A stretch of DNA of 64,000 nucleotides from Candidatus Sulfomarinibacteraceae bacterium (lineage in GTDB: Bacteria; Acidobacteriota; Thermoanaerobaculia; Thermoanaerobaculales; Sulfomarinibacteraceae), in assembly GCA_963741385.1 (NCBI GenBank), contig CAVUHO010000004.1, forward strand, positions 72,099 to 136,098, given 5' to 3'. How positions within the stretch are numbered: position 1 is the stretch's first letter; the number at the start of each line of letters is the position of its first letter. Positions 56,834 through 64,000 of this stretch are shown in pieces. The notes beneath the pieces were generated by a model. It had not been told where the DNA came from. It made no database searches and was given only the letters and a program-made list of their open reading frames with translations. The position numbers and the translations under genes are program-made.

Positions 56834-59180
56834 TTACGCCCGAACCACCGCCGTCCTGGCGAGGCCGATGACCTCGAGCCGCTCGTGCCCCGTGCCGGCG
56901 AGTCTGGCATCGAGCCACGCCTCGGCCTTTTTGGCCAGCATTCGCCACTCTTGAATCGTGTCGAGGGCGTTGAGCTGAAGATAGGCGAGCGCGGCCGCAG
57001 TGGCGACGACGGCTTCGCCCTCCGGGAGTTCCTGGAGCTTCTGGGCCAGGTGTTGCAGCGTCTTCAGCTTCAGACCGACCGCCTTTGCCAGTGCTTTGTC
57101 GAGCGCCCACGACCCATCCGCTCGTTGGAGCAGGGTGACGGCGTCGTGATCCGGGGTGCGGACATTCGGGGGAAAGTCGTCGTAGGGGAACTCATGGCCG
57201 CGGTCGGGTTGAGATGGCAACGGCCCATACTCTTGCGGCGGCCCCATGCTCATGTGCTTCATTCTTCCAACCGTCAAATCCATTGCGGCCCCTATCAGCG
57301 CGGGCGCGGCGTGCATCGCGACCATTCTCGCCGCGGGCATCAGCCCGCCCCAGTCCCTGGTCAACGCCTGCGGCACCAGCACGAGCCGGCCGCGCTCCTG
57401 CGCCTCTTTTCCGTCCCGCTCCTCGACCGCCACAAACGACGTCTGCGACGAGGCGAGCTGGTAGCGCACACCGAGATCGACGATGGCCTTGCGTGACGCG
57501 AGACTCCTTGCGCCCGCGTTGTTGTGAGCCGCCCTCTTCGTGGAGGCGACTCGTCCCCTCCTCGAGGTCGCGGATCTCGGCGCGGGCAGCCAGGGCGCCG
57601 ATCGTGGTGCCCTCGGCAGCGGCGGCCGGATCGATCGGCACCTCCCAGCTCACGTCGCGCTCACCGAGCCGGCCGGCCAGCCGCACCGTGCCGGCCTCGA
57701 GGCTCGGCAAACGCAGGTAGACCAGGAACGGCTCGCCGTCGAAGATCTGCGCCATGCCGATAGGGCGCGCGCTCGTCGACGACCTCGCCCTTCCACTCCA
57801 CCCTCAGGTCCTCGACCACCGGCGCGCCCAGCCGCGCGAACTGCCGCAGCACCTTGGGCTCGATGCGCTCCCCCGGCTTGATGAACTCGGCCACGCCACC
57901 GCTCGCGCGGGCGACGCCGTTGATGAAGTGCTCGCTCGGACCGTGGCCGATGCCGATGGTGAAGACCCGCGCCGACCCGGCGTGGCGGCGCGCGAGGTCG
58001 ATGACCGCGGCGTCGTTGGTCACCTCGCCGTCGGTCAGCAGCACGACCCCGCGCGGCATGCCCAGGTCCGGCCGCTCCAGCGCGTCGGCCAGCGGCGCCA
58101 GCACCTCCGTGCCGCCCATATCGGCATCGATCTTCTGGACGTAATGCGTCGCCTCCTCGAGGCTCGCCTGGGTGTAGGCCCTGCTCTTCCCGAACATCGC
58201 CTCGAAGTGCGAGCCGAAGCCCACGATGTCGAAGCGGTCGCCCTTCTGCAGGCTGCGCAGGCAGAGCTGCAGCGCCCGCCGCGCCTCCTCGATCGAGCCG
58301 CCGCCCATCGACCCCGAGCGGTCGATCAGGAAGATCACCTCGCGCGGCGCCCGCGGGCCGGCGTCGAGCTTCGGCAGGAACGACACCGCGGCCACCGCGC
58401 TGCCGTCGTCCTGCCGCTCAACCACGACGCTGCGGCTCGCGCGGGGCGGCCGGCGCTGATCAGCAGCACCAGGTCTTCGTTCATGGCGGCCGTCTCCTGT
58501 GACAGCTCGACCGTGGCGCCCTCGCCGCGCGGCTTCCAGCGCAGCGGGTGCGAGGGCGACTCGATGCCGGCGACCCCGCCCGGGATATCCACCTCGGCCC
58601 GGAACTCGAGACCGTACGGCACCTCGAATGCAGTCGGCGGGTTGAGCTTCTCGGCCTCGCTCTGACCGATGCCCGCGCGGTCCGCGGCCGGCGCATAGCG
58701 GGGCGCGACGGTGGTGGGCAGTGTGAAGCGCAGCGACTCGCCTTCCCAGCCGAGCTCCATCACCCAGCTCAGCTCGACCACCATCTCCTGCCCCGGCAGG
58801 AGGTTGCCGACGCTCGCCTGAAACACGTTGGGCCGATGGGCGTCCAACAACACCGCGCCGTGGCCGGCGGCGAGCGCCTCGTCGTACTCGTCGAAGGCCT
58901 GCTCCTTCTCCTTGACCGTGCCGACGATCCGACGACCACCGGTCTCGATCACCAGCCCGGTCACCGCCGCCTTCTCCGGCGCCGGAAACACGTACACCGC
59001 CTCGATCGGCTTTTTGCCTTCGTTGCGGAAGCGCTGGCGCATGACGACCCGGCTCAAGGGGCCCGTGATCTCGGCCACAACGTTCACCCCGAGCAGCGGG
59101 ATCGCCGCACCCGGCTCCCCTCGCCGCCCCTTCGCCGACACATACGCGCCGGCCATCACTTCCGCAGTTTCAGCTCCCAT
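56834..59180 (-). pseudogene. VIT-vWA domain protein split into four ORFs by three frameshifts
   Basis: ORF 58335..59180 has a VIT-like N-terminus. ORF 57661..58425 is vWA with MIDAS (FLIDRSGSMGG..LLTDGEV). ORFs 57192..57755 and 56834..57469 hold the C-terminal part. Each downstream frame extends the upstream protein (junctions ~58450, ~57762, ~57500-57540). Confidence 0.7.
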
Positions 59181-59645
59181 CGTCGCCTCCCTCGCCCCCC
59201 AATTCGTTGATGAACCGTGCCAGAGCGGCGAGCTGCCGCTCGGTCAGCGCGCTGTCGGCCCCGAGCACGTGCAGCTCGAAACCGGGCATCACCCCCTGCC
59301 GCATCCAGACCTGGCCCGGCCGAGCCGCGAGCCGCGAGATCCCTCGACCGACACCCTGGTCCCTCCGGCCGGTCACCTTCTCCGCGAGCTTCGTCTGCAC
59401 CCGGCATCCGCCGCCGGCGCCGGCTCGCCCGCCAGGTGGCGCCTGATCTCCTCGAGCGTCGCCCCCTGCTCCTGAAGTGACTTCACCCGCAGCAACGCCG
59501 CCAGGTGCTCGGCCCCATAGTGCTCACCGCGGCCGCGCCCCAGAGGCTCCGGGATCAGCCCCCGCTGAACGTAGTAGCGAACCGTCCGGCGCGTGACCCC
59601 ACCACGTTCCGCGATCTCACCTATGGAGATTCGAGCGTCGTCCAT
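59170..59645 (-). pseudogene. MerR-family regulator, probably split by one frameshift near 59400
   Basis: HTH region MDDARISIGEIAERGGVTRRTVRYYVQRGLIPEP..LQEQGATLEEIRRHL (ORF 59373..59720). The overlapping ORF 59170..59400 (..PGQVWMRQGVMPGFELHVLG..) looks like its C-terminal domain. It could instead be two genes. Confidence 0.5.
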
Positions 59646-59652
59646 GAATACA

Positions 59653-59681
59653 AATTTGGCACTTAACTGTCGCATTGTCAA
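59653..59681 (-). promoter_or_regulatory. candidate promoter TTGACA-N17-CAAATT, 7 nt upstream of the merR ATG, flanked by a direct repeat ATGCGACA x2
   Basis: The minus strand reads ATGCGACAcTTGACAATGCGACAgttaagtgCCAAATTtgtattcATG. This is the most AT-rich patch in the local region. Confidence 0.3.
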
Positions 59682-59863
59682 GTGTCGCATTAAAAATGAC
59701 GGACGGCGCACGCCCGCCATTCCGGTGCAACAACCCGAAGGGCATCACCGGCGCCTGCAATTTACTCAGCTGATTGAGTAAATCTACTCATCATCGCGAG
59801 AAAACCTCGGTCGCCGTCGTTCATCCGCGAGTTTTTCGACCCCCGTTCCTCCAGACTCCGTGA

Positions 59864-60286
59864 GCCCCGACGGTTCCTCCAGGTCGTTGCGAGGTCGGCA
59901 AGAACACGCCCGTGCGCAGGGTCCTCGACACCGCGCATATAACAGCCCAATCCGGGCTCACGCCGAAGGAAGCCAGGAACGACCCCGAGTTTTTCGGCCA
60001 TCTGACCGAGTCGGCCGCCGGCGCCCACCTCTCCAACGCGGTAGCCATCGGTCGGTGCGAGCTCTTCTATTGGCGCGACCGAAACCGCGAGGTCCACTTC
60101 GTCGCCCGGGCGGGGCGCCGTCTCGTGGCAATCGAGGTCGAGAGCACTCGCCGCCGCGGTTCGCTCTCCGGCCTGGTGGCTTTCGCCCAGGCTTTCTCGC
60201 CCGACCGCACCTTGCTCATCGGCGGCGACGGCCTCAGCATCGAAGTCTTCCTGTCACACCCGGTGGAGCATTGGATACTCAATTGA
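59864..60286 (+). pseudogene. 3' fragment of a DUF4143-type AAA ATPase gene
   Basis: ..FFGHLTESAAGAHLSNA..CELFYWRDRNREVHFVARAGRRLVAIEVESTRRRGSLSGLVAFAQAF.. is the C-terminal module only. No Walker region lies upstream, and there is an in-frame stop at 59861. Confidence 0.55.
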
Positions 60287-60384
60287 CGGGAGGCAGCAAA
60301 GGCCCCGTTGAGTGCAACCTTACGACCGACCCCGACCATCGGGAGAAAGTTGTGAGATTGTGATACCTGACACGACTTCTTGTT

Positions 60385-60646
60385 TTGTGGGGCAGCCGTC
60401 CCGGCTGCCGGGTGGGAGGTGCCGAAAGGACGTTGCCTGCAGCCCCCGCCCAGATCCCTCCGCTACGGCCCTCCGGGCCTTCGGTCGGGATGACAGTTTG
60501 GAGGACGGACCCCGCCTCGGTCGGGATGACAGGTTTAGATGCGTCGGCGACGGGTTGTGGGGCAGCCGTCCCGGCTGCCGGGCGGGAGGGGCGCCATCCA
60601 GCCGTAGCCAACCGCCCACCCGGCACGCGGGACGCGTGCCCCACAA
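60385..60646. repeat. composite repeat (short version): hairpin, conserved linker, about two 36-bp units, hairpin, reverse hairpin
   Basis: Forward hairpins at 60385-60409 and 60555-60579 and a reverse hairpin at 60622-60646. The linker ..CCCAGATCCCTCCGCTACGGCCCTCCGGGCCTTC and GGTCGGGATGACAG units are shared with 62.3-62.8 kb. Confidence 0.85.
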
Positions 60647-60691
60647 TGCGCTCCGAGGCATCTCGTTGTACAGCTCCGAGGGAGCATTGCT

Positions 60692-62205
60692 ATGCTCTCG
60701 GCGATGGATTGGATCGTTTCGCTGACGCCGGAGGTTTCGGAGAACCCGTTGGAGGCCGTTGCAAGGCCGCCGGAGGGGGCTTCGATCGTCGAGGTGCGGG
60801 CGGATCTGTTTCCGGGGATCGACCTGCGGGCGGCGATCTGCGCGTGCCCGCTGCCGGTTTTGGTGACGTTGAGGTCGAGCGCCGAGGGCGGGCGTGGGCC
60901 GACCGACCCGGACGAGCGGCGTGTCGCTGCTGGAGGCGGCACGGGAAGCCGGCGCGGCGTTGATCGATCTCGAGCACGAGCGGGACGGTCACCTGGTGCG
61001 GGCGTTGGGGCTGGCCCCCGAGCAGGTGGTGCTGTCGTGGCACTCGGTCGACGGCACGCCGGAGGATCTCGGCGAGATCGCCGCACGGATGCTGGAAACG
61101 CCGGCGCGCTGGGTCAAGGTGGTCCCGACCGCGACGTCGGTCGCCGATCTGGTGGCGGGCTTGGAGTTGCACGGGCGGTTCAACGATCGTGCACGGCAGC
61201 GGCGGCGGTTGTTGACCTTTGCGATGGGTGCGCCCGGTGTGGCGAGCCGCTATCTGGCGCCGCTCCTCGGTCCTCCTTTTTCCTTTGCTGCGTGGAGCGA
61301 GGGCGCGGAGGCGGCGCCAGGCCAGCTGACCATCGCAAAGACTACAGCCGTCATCTCGCACCTCAACGGTCCGCCGCAGCGACTCTATGGGGTGGTGGGT
61401 TCGGACGTCAGCCGCAGCCTCAGCCCGGCGCTGCACGCGGCCGCGTACCGCGCGCTGGGCCTCCCCTATCTGATGCTGCCCGTCAGCGTGCCCGAGGCGA
61501 CCGAGCTCGGAGGAACTCTTCGTGCCGCGGGGCGACACCTGTTTCGACCGCATCGGTCTCCACGCCCACGGTTGGGCGGTGACCACTCCGTATAAGGACC
61601 TGGCCGCGGAGGCTGCGGACCTCGCGGCGCCGAGGGTGCGGCGCGCCGGGGCCGCCAACACGCTGGTCCTCAATGTGGGCAAGGTTGTAGCCGAGAACAC
61701 CGATGCCGACGGGATCGTCGGTTCTCTCGTCAGTCTCGGCTTCGACCCGTCGGGCCACCGGGCAGTGGTCCAGGGGACCGGCGGTGCGGCGCGGGGAGCG
61801 GCCGTCGGTCTGCACCTGGCGGGTGCGGATGTGGTGGTGCGGAGCCGGTCGGACGAGCGGGCCAAAGAGACCGCGGAGAGGATCGGGGTCGAGTGGTGCG
61901 CGGCGGACGCTTTTCCGAAGGACGCGGCGATCCTGGTCAACGCGACGCCGCTCGGACGCGGCCCCGATGGGGCGTGTCCGTTTTCAGACGAAGAGATTTC
62001 GGGTGCCTCGGCTGTGGTCGACATGGTGTACGCCGACCACACCACGGCTTTGGTGGAGCGAGCCCGCGAAGCGGGGTTGGTCGCGGCCGACGGCCGCGAG
62101 GTGCTGCTTCACCAGGGCGTCGCCCAGTTCGCCGCCTTCATGCAGGTGGTGCCGCCGAAGGAAGCGATGCGCGCCGCCCTTGGCGGCGCGAATTCGGAAT
62201 TTTGA
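60692..62205 (+). pseudogene. fused 3-dehydroquinate dehydratase / shikimate dehydrogenase (aroD-aroE) with two frameshifts
   Basis: ORF 60692.. reads IVEVRADLF..PVLVTLRSSAEGG (AroD). It shifts at ~60922 into ORF 60894.. (LIDLEHE..WVKVVPTA..LLTFAMG then LYGVVGSDVSRSLSPALH). It shifts again at ~61520 into ORF 61522.. (WAVTTPYK..GAANT..ENTDADG..GTGGAARG). The stop lies inside a heptamer repeat. Confidence 0.7.
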
Positions 62206-62224
62206 ATTCGGAATTCGGAATTCA
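62189..62224. repeat. heptanucleotide tandem repeat (GAATTCG/GGAATTC)n with variants
   Basis: gcgaattcggaattttgaattcggaattcggaattcagg. Contains the aroE-frame TGA (62203-62205). Confidence 0.9.
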
Positions 62225-62237
62225 GGCCCGCCCTCCC

Positions 62238-62868
62238 GGCAGCCGGGACAGCTGCCCCACAAGGCATCACAGCGAGAATTGAACGGTTGTGGGGCGGGCG
62301 TCCCGCCTGCCGGGTGGGGGGTGTCGGAAGGACGTCGCCTGCAGCCACCACCCAGATCCCTCCGCTACGGCCCTTCGGGCCTTCGGTCGGGATGACAGTT
62401 TGGAGGACGGCCTCGACCTCGGGTCGGGATGACAGATTGGAGGTAGGCCCCCGTTTCGGTCGGGATGACAGTTTGGAGGTAGGCCTCGACCTCGGTCGGG
62501 ATGACAGATTGGAGGACGGACTCCGTTTCGGTCGGGATGAAAGGCTCAGATGTGTGGGCGACGGTTTGTGGGGCGGGCGTCCCGCCTGCCGGGTGGGGGG
62601 TGTCGGAAGGACGTTGTCTGCAGCCACCGCCCAGATCCCTCCGCTACGGCCCTTCGGGCCTTCGGTCGGGATGACAGATTGGAGGACGGCCTCGACCTCG
62701 GTCGGGATGACAGATTGGAGGACGGCCTCGACCTCGGTCGGGATGACAGTTTGGAGGACGGACTCCGTTTCGGTCGGGATGACAGTTTGGAGGTAGGCCC
62801 CCGCTTCGGTCGGGATGACTGGCTGAGATGCGTGGGCGACGGGTTGTGGGGCAGGCGTCCCGCCTGCC
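62238..62868. repeat. reverse hairpin plus two tandem ~279-bp composite elements, each with four to five internal 36-bp repeats, closed by a third hairpin
   Basis: Hairpins TTGTGGGGC(G/A)GGCGTCCCGCCTGCC at 62287, 62566 and 62844. 36-bp units GGTCGGGATGACAG(T/A)TTGGAGG(A/T)(C/A)GG.. run from 62385 and from 62664. The linkers of the two copies are near-identical. Confidence 0.9.
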
Positions 62869-62883
62869 GGGGTGGCCGGGTGG

Positions 62884-62918
62884 AAAATCCGAAATCCGAA
62901 ATCCGAAATCCGAAATTT
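62884..62918. repeat. heptanucleotide tandem repeat (GAAATCC)x4 plus a variant
   Basis: Direct reading. Sits 6 nt from the trpS-fragment stop. Confidence 0.95.
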
Positions 62919-62924
62919 CTTTCG

Positions 62925-63447
62925 TCAGCGGATACCGACTGCCCTGCGGACGTCGTCCATCAGCGGGGCGGCGGTCTGGCGGGCCGTGTCGGCACCGGCG
63001 CGCAGGATGCGCTCGACCTCGGCCGGGTCGCTGCGCAGTTCGTCGTAGCGGGCGCGGGCGTCACCGAAAGTCTGGAGGTAGTACTCGAACAGCCGCTTCT
63101 TCATGTCGCCGTAACCCACCCCGCCCTCGGCGAAGGCGGTCTCGACCCAGGCGCGTTCATCGGGGTTCGGGGCGAAGATCTTGAGCAGGTGGTAGAGGGC
63201 GTTGTCTTCGGTCGGCTTGGGCGCCTCGACCGGGGTGGAGTCGGTGACGATGCCCATGATCTTTTTCCGGATCGGTTTTTCGGGTCCGAAGATCTCGATG
63301 GTGTTGTCGTACGACTTGCTCATCTTGCGGCCGTCGACGCCCGGCACGACGGCGACGTCGTCGAGGATCATGGGTTCGGGCAGGATAAAGACCCCGTCAC
63401 CATAGGTCGCGTGGAACGAAGCCGCCACGTCACGAGTGCTGCGATCA
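62925..63447 (-). pseudogene. trpS: tryptophanyl-tRNA synthetase, C-terminal half only
   Basis: ..STRDVAASFHATYG..FILPEP..PGVDGRKMSKSYDNTIEIF (KMSKS loop) through the C-terminus. The N-terminal Rossmann half with the HIGH motif is absent. The reading frame abuts ferredoxin sequence at ~63447. Confidence 0.7.
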
Positions 63448-63684
63448 GCCCGTCGTTGCCGATGGCCTCGATGTCGGGCAACTCCACCTGATGGCCTCTT
63501 CCACCAGGGCCGTCTCGTCGTCGTTCGCGGTCTGTCGTCGACGTAGGAGTAGCCTTCGTCCTCGTTGGCCGCGAAATTGTTCGGTGCGGTCGTCTCTGCA
63601 AACATCGCAGTCGATGCAGTTCGAGTCGACGTACCATTTTCCGGGTACGTTATCAGCAAGTTTGTCATCAGGGTCGGCCATCAT
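63448..63684 (-). pseudogene. small 4Fe-4S ferredoxin with about three frameshifts and no stop of its own
   Basis: AAGGAG Shine-Dalgarno sequence plus ATGATG at 63684. MADPDDKLADNVPGKWYVDSNCIDCDVCR | ETTAPNNFAANEDEGYSYV | ANDDETALVEEAIR.SCP | DIEAIGNDG are read in successive different frames. Confidence 0.6.
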
Positions 63685-63769
63685 GTTCTCCTTTTCTGCG
63701 GGGTTCCCCGCGCATCCGCGGGATGATACCACCCGCTATCCGGTTGTCAAATCTCCGTTTTCGGCCGAT

Positions 63770-64000
63770 TCATCGAGGGGGAATCTCAAGAGGTCGCTCG
63801 GACACGCGCCGGATCCCGCCGACCGCGAACTGGTCCCGCCGCTCGACGGCCACTGGCACTGGATGTCGGTACCAGGGAAATGCAGGCGGCAGGATCGCCG
63901 TCGGATCGTCGGTGCGATTGTCGATCATCGTTCCGTAGACAGTCATGCCGACGACCGGCTGCGCGTTCGCCGACGCCCAGCTGACAAAAGTGATTTCAAT
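63770..64000 (-). CDS. 3' end of an unidentified CDS running off the window
   Basis: Open minus-strand frame from the window edge to TGA at 63772..63770 (..VYGTMIDNRTDDPTAILPPAFPWYRHPVPVAVERRDQFAVGG..). Absent from the ORF track because it has no start in the window. Confidence 0.35.
   Translation of the reverse strand: MEITFVSWASANAQPVVGMTVYGTMIDNRTDDPTAILPPAFPWYRHPVPVAVERRDQFAVGGIRRVSERPLEIPPR

Noticed and set aside
62385-62820. Possible CRISPR array or protein-coding 12-aa repeat (ORFs 62287..62796+, 62550..63491+, 62109..62627-)
   Set aside because: The 36-bp units are contiguous with no spacers. ORFs are open on both strands and in several frames, as expected for GC-rich non-coding repeats. 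The block is bracketed by the intergenic hairpin and heptamer modules.

Overview
GC-rich bacterial chromosomal window (about two-thirds G+C by eye, not computed), taxon not identifiable from sequence alone. All calls rest on manual motif reading of the ORF track and sequence. No database search was run.

Content, left to right:
- 1-5.1 kb: decayed genes, namely an unidentified remnant, a sulfatase-family fragment, a GT4 fragment and a large multi-frameshifted glycosyltransferase.
- 5.1-22.5 kb: an intact glycan-assembly cluster. It has GT2 and GT4 enzymes including two GT2-GT4 fusions, a polytopic membrane protein with an AT-rich core, an FG-GAP protein, a Wzm/Wzt-like ABC exporter and a Wzx-like flippase.
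- 22.5-51.2 kb: mostly housekeeping or miscellaneous genes. These are an OppD/F-like ATPase pair, DedA, an AAA+ ATPase, an RluA-family pseudouridine synthase, NfeD, Maf, two paralogous 97-aa proteins, an amidase, histidine kinases, an M20 peptidase, a pilin with a sigma-54-type promoter, tRNA-Gly(CCC), bactofilin, an AI-2E transporter, a lasso-B2-like protease next to an ABC exporter, dCMP deaminase, TrmB, lipoproteins and a U32 peptidase.
- 51.2-60.3 kb: an accessory patch with HepT/MntA and Xre/RES toxin-antitoxin pairs, a secreted 20-aa-repeat protein, a frameshifted MerR-VIT-vWA operon and a DUF4143 ATPase fragment.
- 60.7-64 kb: frameshifted aroD-aroE, a 5'-truncated trpS and a frameshifted ferredoxin.

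Most unusual signals:
- A mosaic family of intergenic repeats at seven or more loci. Its modules are 25-nt hairpins with compensatory stem changes, (GAATTCC)n/(GAAATCC)n heptamer arrays, a ~102-nt stem-loop element, and a ~279-bp composite element with internal 36-bp tandem repeats.
- Frame disruptions are confined to both window flanks, while about 51 kb in the centre is intact.

No CRISPR array, rRNA, transposase or integrase was found.
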